A stretch of 64,000 bases of DNA, from positions 2,075 to 66,074 of the forward strand of contig JACPYA010000027.1 in NCBI GenBank assembly GCA_016196295.1, given 5' to 3'. Source of the stretch: Candidatus Peregrinibacteria bacterium (lineage in GTDB: Bacteria > Patescibacteriota > Gracilibacteria > Peribacterales > Peribacteraceae). This document shows positions 18,464-28,573 of the stretch, in pieces; positions within the stretch are counted from its first letter, which is position 1, and each line of letters starts with the position of its first letter. Both the position numbers and the translations under genes were made by a program. The notes beneath the pieces are model-generated. The model did not search any database. It was not told where the DNA came from and saw nothing but the letters and a program-made list of their open reading frames with translations.

Positions 18464-18883
18464 GCATAGATCGTATCGTCGAAAATATATTTATGCAATA
18501 CAATTAAAGAAACGCAAAAGTCTGCATCGCGTAAGAGAGAGCCTAAAACGAATTAGCTGATGATCAGCTGTCCCGTCATCTCCTTGTGACCCGGGCCGCA
18601 CGGCACGAAGCAGCGGAAGGAGGAGAAAAAGAGGAAGGAATAGAGCAATGCGCTGACGCACGAAAAAAGAGGGAAATGATAAATCTGGAGGCAGAATATA
18701 CACGAAAGATGAAGATCAGATTAAGGAAAAAAGAGAAAAATCGGCTCAGGGAGATGCACCTGCGGCGGAGACCTCCAGCGTATCAATTGAGGATTGGCAG
18801 AACAAGCCTTGAAGAGGCCATGTGAACGCTTGTTGTAATTCTCCCATGCTATACAATCGGCTTCTCTTCCTCATTCCATTTCG

Positions 18884-19690
18884 ATGAACGTTCTCATTCT
18901 TTGCGGGGGAAAAGGCTCGCGCATGCGCGAGGAAAGCGAATTCAAACCCAAGCCCCTGGTGGAAGTGGGAGGACGGCCGGTGCTGTGGCACATCATGAAG
19001 CTCTACGCTCACCACGGCTTCCGCGATTTTGTCTTGGCGCTGGGCTACAAGGGCAACCTGATCAAAGAGTACTTTCTCAACTACGACGTCCTGAATAACG
19101 ACTGCACCATCCGCTTGGGCAGCCAGCAGAGCATCGAGTATCACGATGCGCATGAAGAGCAAGATTTCCAAGTGGTGCTGGCTGATACGGGCGCCGACGC
19201 TTTGACGGGTTCGCGCGTGAAGAAGGCCGCAAAGTACATCGGCGGCGACACGTTCATGGTCACCTACGGCGACGGGGTAAGTGACGTGAACATTCCACAG
19301 CTGCTCGCGTTCCACCGCGCGCATGGCAAGCTTGCAACGATGACCACCGTTCGACCCACGTCCCGTTTCGGGCTGCTCGACGTCGATGCCGAAGGACGTA
19401 TCTTGACCTTCGCCGAAAAGCCGACCATGGACACCTGGGCGAACGCAGGCTTCTTCGTGTTCGAACGCGGTGTGCTGGATTATGTGGATGACGGCGACCT
19501 TTGCGCGCTGGAAGATGAACCGCTGAAGCGTTTGGTGCAAGACAAACAGATCGCGGCCTACCGGCACGAGGGCTTCTTCTATGCGATGGATACGTACCGC
19601 GAGTACCTGCATCTGAACGCATTATGGGATCGCGGCGAAGCGCAGTGGGCGGTGTGGGCGAAGCGTTCCGCCGTTGCGCATGTCCTCTAA
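18884..19690 (+). CDS. rfbF: glucose-1-phosphate cytidylyltransferase
   Basis: [33 protein letters not shown]. First gene of the CDP-sugar operon. Confidence 0.9.
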   Translation: MNVLILCGGKGSRMREESEFKPKPLVEVGGRPVLWHIMKLYAHHGFRDFVLALGYKGNLIKEYFLNYDVLNNDCTIRLGSQQSIEYHDAHEEQDFQVVLADTGADALTGSRVKKAAKYIGGDTFMVTYGDGVSDVNIPQLLAFHRAHGKLATMTTVRPTSRFGLLDVDAEGRILTFAEKPTMDTWANAGFFVFERGVLDYVDDGDLCALEDEPLKRLVQDKQIAAYRHEGFFYAMDTYREYLHLNALWDRGEAQWAVWAKRSAVAHVL

Positions 19691-20666
19691 GGCAGCCGGT
19701 TTCTGGCGGGACCGTCCCACGTTCGTCACCGGAGGATCGGGTCTGGTGGGCGGCTGGGTGGTGCGTCGCTTGCTGGAGCACGGCGCGCACGTGGTGTGCC
19801 TGGTCCGCGACTGGGTGCCGCAGTCCGTGCTGCTTGGGACCGATCTCCAGAGCAAGGTGACATTGGTCCGCGGAGATCTGACCGATGAAGTGCTGATGGA
19901 ACGCGCGCTGGGGGAGTACGAAATAGATACCGTTCTGCACCTGGCGGCGCAGACCATCGTCGGCATTGCCAACCGCAACCCCGTCTCGACATTCGAGTCC
20001 AACATCCGCGGGACGTGGACGCTGCTGGAGGCGTGCCGCAGGAGTCCGATGGTGAAACAGATTGTGGTTGCGTCGTCGGATAAAGCATACGGCGACCAGG
20101 ATACGCTCCCCTACGCCGAGGACGCGCCGCTGCAAGGACGTCATCCCTACGACGTCAGCAAGTCCTGCGCCGATCTGCTCGCGCAATCGTACGCGCACAC
20201 GTTCGGGCTGCCCGTGGTCGTCACGCGCTGCGGCAATTTCTACGGCGGCGGCGACCTGAACTGGAACCGCATTGTCCCCGGGACCATTCGCGCGGCGCTG
20301 CAGGGCGAAGCACCCGTCATCCGGTCCGACGGCAAGAGCGTCCGCGATTACTTCTACGCTGAGGACGGCGCGCACGCCTATCTGCTGCTGGCCGAACTGC
20401 TTGCGATGCGGCCGGAACTTGCCGGTGAATCTTTTAACTTCAGCAATGAACTGCAGATGCCGGTGCTGGACCTCGTCCAGAAGATCCTCTCGCTGATGGA
20501 TTGCAACGTGGTTCCCGTCATCAAGAACGAAGCGCATAATGAAATCCGCCATCAGTACCTCAGTGCCGAGAAAGCGCGGACGATGCTGGGCTGGAAGCCG
20601 CTCTTCACGCTGGAAGAAGGACTGAAACGAACAATAGAGTGGTACCGCACACATCTGCGCGCATGA
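19674..20666 (+). CDS. rfbG: CDP-glucose 4,6-dehydratase
   Basis: [18 protein letters not shown]ossmann motif and YDVSK catalytic motif. Overlaps rfbF by 17 nt. Confidence 0.9.
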   Translation: MRMSSKAAGFWRDRPTFVTGGSGLVGGWVVRRLLEHGAHVVCLVRDWVPQSVLLGTDLQSKVTLVRGDLTDEVLMERALGEYEIDTVLHLAAQTIVGIANRNPVSTFESNIRGTWTLLEACRRSPMVKQIVVASSDKAYGDQDTLPYAEDAPLQGRHPYDVSKSCADLLAQSYAHTFGLPVVVTRCGNFYGGGDLNWNRIVPGTIRAALQGEAPVIRSDGKSVRDYFYAEDGAHAYLLLAELLAMRPELAGESFNFSNELQMPVLDLVQKILSLMDCNVVPVIKNEAHNEIRHQYLSAEKARTMLGWKPLFTLEEGLKRTIEWYRTHLRA

Positions 20667-22006
20667 CGCCGACCCGCAAAGAACTCCGGGAACAAATCCG
20701 CTCACTCGTCTCGCAGTACCATGCGGCCGCGTTTCCCGTAACGCCGTTCATTGCCGGAAAAACACCCGTGCCGGTCTCCGGCAGGGTGTTTGACGAGACC
20801 GACCTGCAGCACGTCGTCGATTCCGGCTTGGATTTTTGGCTGACGGCCGGGCGGTTTGCCGCCCGGTTCAAGAAAGATTTTTCGGCATTCTTCGGCCTGA
20901 AACACGCACTCCTCGTGAATTCCGGGTCGTCGGCCAACCTTTTGGCCGTCGCCGCGCTGACCGCGAAAACCTTCGGAGAAAAGAGACTGCAGCCCGGCGA
21001 TGAAGTCATTGCCGTCGCAGCGGGGTTCCCGACGACCGTCAATCCGCTGATCCAGCACGGCCTTGTGCCCGTGTTTGTGGATGTCACGCTCCCGACCTAC
21101 AACATCGATGTCTCGCAATTGGAGCGAGCCCTCAGCCCGCGCACGAAAGCCATCATGATCGCGCACACGCTCGGCAATCCCTTCGATCTTGCAGCCGTCA
21201 CGGCGTTCGCGAAAGCGCATGACCTGTGGCTCATCGAAGATTGCTGCGATGCCGTCGGGTCCACATACCGGGGACGGATGGTCGGCACATTCGGGGATGT
21301 GGCGACGGTCAGCTTCTACCCTGCGCACCACATCACCATGGGCGAAGGCGGCTGCGTGCTGATGAACCGCGACGACGTGCACAAGTCCGCGGAATCGTTC
21401 AAAAACTGGGGCCGCGATTGCTGGTGCAAGCCGGGTGCGAGCAACACCTGCTGCAAGCGCTTTGCATGGCAGCTCGGCACGCTCCCTTATGGATACGACC
21501 ACAAGTACATCTATTCGAATATCGGCTATAACCTGCAATTGACGGACATGCAGGCGGCCGTCGGTTGCGCGCAGCTGCAACATTTGCCGCAGTTCATCGC
21601 GGCGCGGAAAAAGAATTTTGAGATCCTGAGCGCAGGACTGAAGGACTTGGAAGAGTTCTTGATCTTGCCCGAGGCGACAAAGGGCAGTGACCCGAGTTGG
21701 TTCGGCTTCCCGATCGCAGTCCGGAGCGCCGCCCCCTTCAGCCGCAACGATTTGGTGCGGCATCTGGAAAGCAAAATGATCGGGACGCGGATGCTCTTCG
21801 GCGGAAACCTCACGCGGCAACCGGCGTACGAGGGCGTGCCCTTTCGTGTCGCCGGCGACTTAAAGAACACCGATTTTGTCATGGAGCGGGTCTTCTGGAT
21901 TGGAGTGTATCCTGGCATTATGCCAGAGATGGCGGCATTCATGATTGAAACGACTCACGATTTTGTTTCCACACATGCGCATGCGGCATCCCGTCGTGGA
22001 GGATGA
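20663..22006 (+). CDS. rfbH: CDP-6-deoxy-4-keto-glucose 3-dehydrase (E1, RfbH/DdhC; DegT family)
   Basis: [24 protein letters not shown] (His replaces the usual PLP lysine, as in E1); [11 protein letters not shown]ys cluster; ATGA overlap with rfbG. Confidence 0.85.
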   Translation: MTPTRKELREQIRSLVSQYHAAAFPVTPFIAGKTPVPVSGRVFDETDLQHVVDSGLDFWLTAGRFAARFKKDFSAFFGLKHALLVNSGSSANLLAVAALTAKTFGEKRLQPGDEVIAVAAGFPTTVNPLIQHGLVPVFVDVTLPTYNIDVSQLERALSPRTKAIMIAHTLGNPFDLAAVTAFAKAHDLWLIEDCCDAVGSTYRGRMVGTFGDVATVSFYPAHHITMGEGGCVLMNRDDVHKSAESFKNWGRDCWCKPGASNTCCKRFAWQLGTLPYGYDHKYIYSNIGYNLQLTDMQAAVGCAQLQHLPQFIAARKKNFEILSAGLKDLEEFLILPEATKGSDPSWFGFPIAVRSAAPFSRNDLVRHLESKMIGTRMLFGGNLTRQPAYEGVPFRVAGDLKNTDFVMERVFWIGVYPGIMPEMAAFMIETTHDFVSTHAHAASRRGG

Positions 22007-23033
22007 TCTTCGGCGGATAGCTGGGGCGCCACTCCCGTGGTCGGCGTTTGCCGGCAAGACCGTTCTTGTGTCGGGCGCGGCGGGCTTTTTGCCCGCGTAC
22101 ATGGTAGAGACTCTGTTATTTCTGAATGAAACGCACCTTCAGAAGGGTCCTGTGAAGATCATCGGCCTCGTGCGCAATCAAGAAGGGGCGCAGAAACGTT
22201 TCGCGCATTACGATGGACGTCCGGACCTTGTCCTCAAAGAACACGACGTCTGTCAGCCTTTCCAAAGTGATGAACAGATCCACTTCATCATCCACGCCGC
22301 CAGCCACGCGAGCCCGCTGCACTACCGCAGAGATCCAGTGGGCACACTGGGGCCAAATGTATTGGGGACCCATCATCTCCTCTCGTTGGCGAACGCATAC
22401 CATGCGGAGCGCTTTCTCTTTTTCAGCAGCGGCGATGTGTACGGACACGTTTCCTCCGCGCAGATTCCGACGAAAGAGACGGAGTACGGTCCGCTCGATC
22501 CTCTCGATGTGCGCTCGTGCTACGGCGAAAGCAAACGGATGGGAGAGAACATGTGCGTGTCCTGGCACCATCAGCACGGCATTCCCGTGACCATCGTGCG
22601 GCCGTCGCACACCTACGGGCCCGGCATGCGGCTGGATGACGGGCGTGTGTTCGCCGACTTCGTCGCCGATGTCTCTGCTGGCCGCGACATTGTGATGAAG
22701 AGCGACGGCAGCGCGCGTCGGACATTCTGCTACCTTGCCGATGCCGTCGAAGCGTTCTTCACGGTTCTCTTACAGGGGAAGCCCGGGGAAGCGTACAACG
22801 TGAGCAATGAAGCATGCGAGCGCAGCATTCTCCAATTGGCGGAGATTCTCGCGAGTCTCTTTCCGGAGAAAGGCATTCGCGTGATAGAGCAGGAACGGAC
22901 GGATGCCGATCCGTACATGCCAAGTCCCTTTCCCCGCACCTGCCTCGATACGACGAAAATCCGCTCGCTCGGATGGAAACCGACGACTTCTGTTGAAGAA
23001 GGATTCAGAAGGACTATCCTCAGCTTCCCATGA
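21975..23033 (+). CDS. NAD-dependent sugar epimerase/reductase (extended SDR)
   Basis: [16 protein letters not shown] glycine motif and YGESK catalytic motif. Start is uncertain (21945, 21975 or 21981). Confidence 0.75.
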   Translation: MRMRHPVVEDDLRRIAGAPLPWSAFAGKTVLVSGAAGFLPAYMVETLLFLNETHLQKGPVKIIGLVRNQEGAQKRFAHYDGRPDLVLKEHDVCQPFQSDEQIHFIIHAASHASPLHYRRDPVGTLGPNVLGTHHLLSLANAYHAERFLFFSSGDVYGHVSSAQIPTKETEYGPLDPLDVRSCYGESKRMGENMCVSWHHQHGIPVTIVRPSHTYGPGMRLDDGRVFADFVADVSAGRDIVMKSDGSARRTFCYLADAVEAFFTVLLQGKPGEAYNVSNEACERSILQLAEILASLFPEKGIRVIEQERTDADPYMPSPFPRTCLDTTKIRSLGWKPTTSVEEGFRRTILSFP

Positions 23034-24025
23034 CCGACATTGCGGATATTCAGCATGCATTTGCATCCGGGCAGATCACCAAGCCCCAGTACATCGCACA
23101 GATGCACGAAGCCCATGCCGCGCTCTTTGCATACGCCGCGTTCGTGCGCGAATCGGGCGTTGTTTCCGTGGAGCTGAAGGACGGCAAGGTGATGATGACC
23201 ACCCGCGACCATGGCATTACCATGGTGTGTCCGGAGCACGCGCTTCGCACCGCGGCGTTGGAAATTTTAAACTTCGGCGCCTATGAAGAGACCGAGATGC
23301 AGATGATCCTCCGGATGCTTGCCGCACTCGGCAAAGAAGACGCTGTCTTTTTTGATGTTGGCGCGAACCATGGGTGGTATGCGCTTCACGTGGCAAAGCT
23401 GTTTCCACGCATGACGGTGGTTGCCTTCGAGCCCATTCCCGAAACGTTCCGGACATTAACCGACAATATCGCATTGAACGGGCTCCCGAACATCCACGCA
23501 AAAAACATCGGGCTCTCGGACCGCGACGGGATCGTGGATTTTTACCATACCCCCAGCGAGCCCGGAAACGCTTCGTTGCACAATCTTGAATGGGGAAAAG
23601 ACAGCGGCATCCGCATGTTCCCCTCCGCAACAGTACGATGCCGGGTGCGAACGATGGACAGGGTGGTGCGGGAACATTCGCTCACGGTGGATTTCATCAA
23701 GTGTGACGTGGAAGGCGCGGAACGCCTGGTGATCGCGGGGGGGCTTGAAATCATTACAGCGCAGTTGCCCGTGTTATTTATGGAACTCCTGCGGAAATGG
23801 TCTGCACGGTTTCAGTATGAACCGAACGATGTCATCCGGATGCTCTCGCAGATTGGCTATCGCTGCTTTACCGCATACGAGCATGGCCTCGCATCGTTTG
23901 AATCAATGGATGAACGCACCGTCGAAACAAATTTTTTCTTCCTGCACGCGGCAAAGCATCGTGCTCTTATCGAGTCACTGGAAAAACCCCGAAACGTTGC
24001 GTCCTTTCGTTCTTTTTGCCCATGA
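23030..24025 (+). CDS. FkbM-family methyltransferase
   Basis: FFDVGANHGWYALHVA ... VVAFEP pattern typical of FkbM. ATGA overlap with the upstream gene. Confidence 0.75.
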   Translation: MTDIADIQHAFASGQITKPQYIAQMHEAHAALFAYAAFVRESGVVSVELKDGKVMMTTRDHGITMVCPEHALRTAALEILNFGAYEETEMQMILRMLAALGKEDAVFFDVGANHGWYALHVAKLFPRMTVVAFEPIPETFRTLTDNIALNGLPNIHAKNIGLSDRDGIVDFYHTPSEPGNASLHNLEWGKDSGIRMFPSATVRCRVRTMDRVVREHSLTVDFIKCDVEGAERLVIAGGLEIITAQLPVLFMELLRKWSARFQYEPNDVIRMLSQIGYRCFTAYEHGLASFESMDERTVETNFFFLHAAKHRALIESLEKPRNVASFRSFCP

Positions 24026-24972
24026 AACTCATCAGCATTGTCACGCCGACGTACAACGAAGAAGAGAATGTCCGCGATCTCTATGAGCAAACCAAGAAGG
24101 TGTTCGAGGGCCTGCCTGCCTACCGCTACGAGCATATTTTCATCGACAACGCATCGAAGGATGCGACGGTGACGATCTTGAAGGAGATCGCCGCGCAGGA
24201 CCCCAACGTGAAAATCATCGTGAACAGCCGTAACTTCGGGCAAATACGCTCGCCCATGCACGGGTTGTTGCAGGCCTCGGGGGATGCCGTCGCGCTCCTC
24301 CTCGCCGACTTGCAAGATCCTCCGGCAATGATCGCCGACTTCATCGGAAAATGGGAACAGGGGTTCAAAGTCGTGTTGGGCGTGAAGATCGGCAGCCAGG
24401 AATCGTGGCTGCTCTTCCGCGTGCGGCGGTTCTACTACGCATTGCTCTACATGATTTCGGGGACGGAACTCACCAAAAACAATGCGGGGTTCGGGCTTTA
24501 CGACCGAGCATTCATGAATGTGTTGCGGGAGATGAAAGATCCCTATCCGTACTTTCGCGGACAGATCGCCGAGATTGGCTTTGAGCGGGCCGAGATTCCC
24601 TATCACCAGCCGCAGCGCAAGCGGGGGCTTACGAAGAACAATTTCTTCACGCTCTTCGATTTCGCGTTGCAGGGTATTACCAGCTATTCCAAAATACCGC
24701 TGCGGATTGCGACGATCCTCGGGATGATATTCTCTGCGCTCGGGCTGCTGATTGCCCTTGGGTACCTCATCGGCAAGCTCGTCTTTTGGAACAACTTCCC
24801 CACCGGCATCGCGCCCCTCGTCATTGGCGGATTTACGTTTCTCTCGCTCCAGCTCTTCTTTATCGGCATGCTCGGCGAATATATTGCAGCCATTCACACG
24901 CAAGTGCTCAGGCGTCCGCTCGTTGTGGAACGCGAGCGCATCAATTTTGACACTTCCTCTCCACCGGCATGA
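24016..24972 (+). CDS. GT2 polyprenyl-phosphate glycosyltransferase (GtrB/CsbB/ArnC-like)
   Basis: ISIVTPTYNEEENV, IFIDNASKDAT and LADLQDPP, plus two C-terminal TM helices. Confidence 0.8.
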   Translation: MPMKLISIVTPTYNEEENVRDLYEQTKKVFEGLPAYRYEHIFIDNASKDATVTILKEIAAQDPNVKIIVNSRNFGQIRSPMHGLLQASGDAVALLLADLQDPPAMIADFIGKWEQGFKVVLGVKIGSQESWLLFRVRRFYYALLYMISGTELTKNNAGFGLYDRAFMNVLREMKDPYPYFRGQIAEIGFERAEIPYHQPQRKRGLTKNNFFTLFDFALQGITSYSKIPLRIATILGMIFSALGLLIALGYLIGKLVFWNNFPTGIAPLVIGGFTFLSLQLFFIGMLGEYIAAIHTQVLRRPLVVERERINFDTSSPPA

Positions 24973-26135
24973 AACACCTCTCGCAAGCGGCGCAGGCTCT
25001 TGTGGGACAGTCCATGTTTCAACTGCTCGCGCGCGTGCAAGCGTTGCAGCGGGCGGGAAAGGATATCGTGCGGTTTGAGATCGGCGATTCCACGCTCATG
25101 ACGCCGGAGCACGTCATTGAAGCCACGAAGCGCGCTTTAGATAACGATCACATTCGGTATGTCAATTCGCAGGGGATGCTGGAATTGCGCGAGGCGGTCT
25201 GCACCTACACGGAGCAGTCTCTCGGGTTCCGGCCCGATCCGGAGCAAGTCATGGTCATGCCCGCAAATGCCATCATCGACAGCGTCGCGCGCTGCGTGAT
25301 GAATCCTGGCGAGGCGGTCGTCTACCCGGACCCCGGGTTTGTGACCTACCAAGCGGTTTTTCACTACACCGGCATGCGAAGCATCCGCGTGAAACAGCGA
25401 GAAACAAGCGACCGCTTCCGTATCAACATCGACGAATTGCGATCGTCCGTCACGCCCGACACCCGCCTCATCGTGCATAACTCGCCCAATAACCCCACCG
25501 GCATGGCAATGGACAAAGAGGATGTGGAAGGCGTGTACCGCGTTGCGGAAGAGAAGGATGTCTATCTGCTGAGTGACGAAATTTATTCGCGCCTGGTCTA
25601 CGACAAGCCGCATGCGTCCCCGGGCATCTACGACCGGTGCCGGGAACGGACCATCATTCTCAACGGCTTCTCGAAGGGGTGCTGCATGTCGGGCTGGCGG
25701 CTGGGCTACGCCATCGGCCCCGTGGAGGTCATTAAGAAAATGGCCCTGCTGTTTGAAACGATGTACTCCTGCATCCCGCCGTTCATCCAGATGGCGGGTG
25801 TCAGCGCCCTCCTGGAGCACAAGGAAGTTTTCGAGGGGTACCGGGACGTCGTGAAAGGAGCGCGCGACCTGATTGTAGAGGAACTCAACGCGTTGCCGGG
25901 CGTCACCTGCCCGCACCCCGAAGGCGCCATGTATGCGTTCCCAAACATCACCGGCACCGGATTCACCTCGCAGGAGTTTGCAGACCGCATGTTGGAGCAA
26001 GGCGGAGTATCGCTCCTGCCCGGTACCAATTTCGGCCCCGCGGGAGAGGGGTACGTCCGTCTCTGCTTCGCGCGAACCGCAGATGCCATCCGCGAGGGGT
26101 GTGCTAGGATGCGTTCCGTCCTCACGTCCGCATGA
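24969..26135 (+). CDS. class I/II PLP-dependent aminotransferase (AspAT-like)
   Basis: NSPNNPTGMAM and NGFSKGCCMSGWRLGY (PLP Lys). ATGA overlap upstream. Confidence 0.85.
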   Translation: MKHLSQAAQALVGQSMFQLLARVQALQRAGKDIVRFEIGDSTLMTPEHVIEATKRALDNDHIRYVNSQGMLELREAVCTYTEQSLGFRPDPEQVMVMPANAIIDSVARCVMNPGEAVVYPDPGFVTYQAVFHYTGMRSIRVKQRETSDRFRINIDELRSSVTPDTRLIVHNSPNNPTGMAMDKEDVEGVYRVAEEKDVYLLSDEIYSRLVYDKPHASPGIYDRCRERTIILNGFSKGCCMSGWRLGYAIGPVEVIKKMALLFETMYSCIPPFIQMAGVSALLEHKEVFEGYRDVVKGARDLIVEELNALPGVTCPHPEGAMYAFPNITGTGFTSQEFADRMLEQGGVSLLPGTNFGPAGEGYVRLCFARTADAIREGCARMRSVLTSA

Positions 26136-28015
26136 GCGTTCTTGCGCACAAAAAGGGTGATAGTCCGTTGCCGCACGCACATTCTGCACAGCACAATGCG
26201 CTGCCTGTAGCCCCAAAACTCATGCGTGTCGCCGACTACATCGCCGGGCATCTCTCACGTATCGGCGTACGCGACGTCTTTCTGCTCTCCGGCGGCGGCA
26301 TGATGCATCTCATTGACGCCGTCAGCCGCACAGAGGGAATCACGTATCACTGCAATCACCACGAACAGGCATGCGCCATGGCTGCCGAGGCGTACGCACG
26401 CCTCACGCACCAACTCGGCGTCTGTTACGCAACAAGCGGCCCCGGCGCCACCAACATCCTCACGGGGCTGGTCGGCGCATGGATTGATTCGGCGCCGGTG
26501 CTGTATATCACGGGCCAAAGTAACGTGCGGCAAAGCATCCGTGGATCGGGCATAAAGGGGCTGCGCCAATTCGGCACGTTTGAAGTGGATGCGGTCCCCA
26601 TTATGCAGAGCGTGACGAAGTATGCCGTGTTTCTCGATGACCCCCTGAAAGCGCGGTACCACCTGGAGAGGGCGATTCACCTTGCGCTCTCCGGACGCCC
26701 GGGACCCGTGCTTCTCGACGTACCGCTGAACGTGCAGGGTGCGAAGATTGATCCCGCAACGCTCGAAGGCTACGACCCGGCCGAAGATGACACTCGTCTC
26801 CCCGCTTCGCCGGGTGCGGATGTGATGCGGAGTATTGTCGAGCGCCTGGAGAAAGCGGAGCGCCCGCTGATCCTTGCCGGACATGGCGTGCGCGTCGCGG
26901 GGGCTGCGGCGCTGTTTTGCTCCGTCATCGATGCGCTGCACATCCCCGTCGTAACCACCCAACTCGCGAACGACCTTCTCGCGTACGAACACCCGCTTTT
27001 CGTCGGCCATCCGGGGGTGAAAGGCGACCGACCCGGCGGGTTCGCGATTCAAAACGCCGATGTCATTCTGACGCTCGGGTGCAGCCTGCACGCGCAGACC
27101 ACCGGATATGAAACAAACTTATTTGCACCCAAGGCCTTCAAGATCCAGGTGGATCTTGATGATGCGGTATTGCAACGCGAGAACGTCGGCGTGCAGCAAA
27201 AAGTGCGCAGCAGTGTCACCGGATTCCTGACCGCGCTGCGCTGTGCGATGCCCCCGACATGGCAGGGCACGCGTTTTGCGCCATGGCGCAACCGCTGCCA
27301 AGACTGGAAAGAGCGCTACAGCATCTTGAAGGAACCGCATGATTTCAGCGATGGCCCTGTCAATTACTACGAGTTCCAGCACATCTTAAGTGAGCTGCTG
27401 AAAGGAGACGAAGCGATCATCGCCGATGCGGGTTCGGCTTTCTATATTTTCGGCCAAGCATTCCGATGCAAAGGTGATCAGCGCTATATCGCCTCGGGGG
27501 GGCTGGCCACCATGGGCTACACCGTGCCCGCCTGCATCGGCGCCGCATGCGCGGAACCCCGGAAGATGATCATCGGTCTTACGGGTGACGGATCATTCCA
27601 CATGAACGTACCCGAGCTGCAGACCATCCTTCATGGGAACTTCAACATCAAACTCTTTGTGTTGAATAACAGCGGTTACTCATGCATCCGCAATACGCAG
27701 GATACCTACTTCGGCGGGCACCACGTCGGCACCGAAGCGGAAAGCGGGGTGTCGTTCCCGTCCTTCGAGCGCATCGCCCACGCCTACGATATTCCGTACA
27801 TTCGTTGTGAGGAGCGCAGCCACTTGCGCGAGAGCATCGCCAAAGCGCTCGCGGCCTCCGGCCCCGTATTGACGGAAATCATCTGCCAGTACGACCAGGC
27901 GTTTTTGCCGCTTTTGACCTCTGAAAAAAAGGAAGATGGCACGCTTGTCGCGAAGCCGATCCATGACCTGTTCCCATTCCTGGATCGCGACGAGCTCAAG
28001 AAAAACATGATGTAG
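26132..28015 (+). CDS. thiamine-diphosphate-dependent enzyme (acetolactate-synthase-like; YerE-like candidate)
   Basis: ATSGPGATNILTGL and the ThDP motif GLTGDGSFHMNVPEL...LNNSGY. ATGA overlap upstream. Confidence 0.8.
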   Translation: MSVLAHKKGDSPLPHAHSAQHNALPVAPKLMRVADYIAGHLSRIGVRDVFLLSGGGMMHLIDAVSRTEGITYHCNHHEQACAMAAEAYARLTHQLGVCYATSGPGATNILTGLVGAWIDSAPVLYITGQSNVRQSIRGSGIKGLRQFGTFEVDAVPIMQSVTKYAVFLDDPLKARYHLERAIHLALSGRPGPVLLDVPLNVQGAKIDPATLEGYDPAEDDTRLPASPGADVMRSIVERLEKAERPLILAGHGVRVAGAAALFCSVIDALHIPVVTTQLANDLLAYEHPLFVGHPGVKGDRPGGFAIQNADVILTLGCSLHAQTTGYETNLFAPKAFKIQVDLDDAVLQRENVGVQQKVRSSVTGFLTALRCAMPPTWQGTRFAPWRNRCQDWKERYSILKEPHDFSDGPVNYYEFQHILSELLKGDEAIIADAGSAFYIFGQAFRCKGDQRYIASGGLATMGYTVPACIGAACAEPRKMIIGLTGDGSFHMNVPELQTILHGNFNIKLFVLNNSGYSCIRNTQDTYFGGHHVGTEAESGVSFPSFERIAHAYDIPYIRCEERSHLRESIAKALAASGPVLTEIICQYDQAFLPLLTSEKKEDGTLVAKPIHDLFPFLDRDELKKNMM

Positions 28016-28573
28016 AAGAGAAAAAAGAGGGCCCAGGGAACCTCCTTGAACCACGGCGTTGCAGACGGTACGGTGGCTGTGTTTTCCCCCTTCTTGTATG
28101 CCCCAAGAACAATGGCGTCTCGTAGAACTCGACAATGGCGAAGGCCGGCCGCCGAGACAATTCGTTCTAAATCTCAATGACAGGAAAGATGAAATTCACG
28201 ATCTGCAGCGGTCCAAGCTCTTTCGCGGCATGACAGCCATACCGCCTCCGACGCAAGATCAGCAAAAACATCTTTCCCCGGACGGTCTGGCGTCTGCGGA
28301 TTTTCCCACCGTCACGAGTGAGACGTGAGAGTGGGTCTCGGAAGAGGCGACGAACGAAAATGGCAAAGCTGATACCACTTCGCGTTCAAAGAGATATCGA
28401 TTCGACCGAACGTCATGCATGTTTTTTGAGCCAATAAGGGGAACGCTTCGCGGTACAAGAGGAGGAAGCTATCGGAACGAGATGGTAGCGGTTTGAAACG
28501 GCATTAGTATGAGGATACCAACGGCACCGAGCGTCCGCAAGGTGATGCGGTGGAAAGCACATACTGAAAAATG

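Noticed and set aside
18491-18825. Small ORFs in the ANTAR/rfbF intergenic region: 18491-18703 (-) at 70 aa and 18586-18825 (+) at 79 aa.
   Set aside because: They derive from a purine/pyrimidine-rich low-complexity tract. They have no SD, no coupling and no motif, so the region is treated as a leader or promoter.
28059-28328. 89-aa ORF in the 558-nt gap after the ThDP-enzyme gene.
   Set aside because: It has no start context or motif. It overlaps fragments on the other strand that look equally (un)convincing. The gap is reported as a finding instead.
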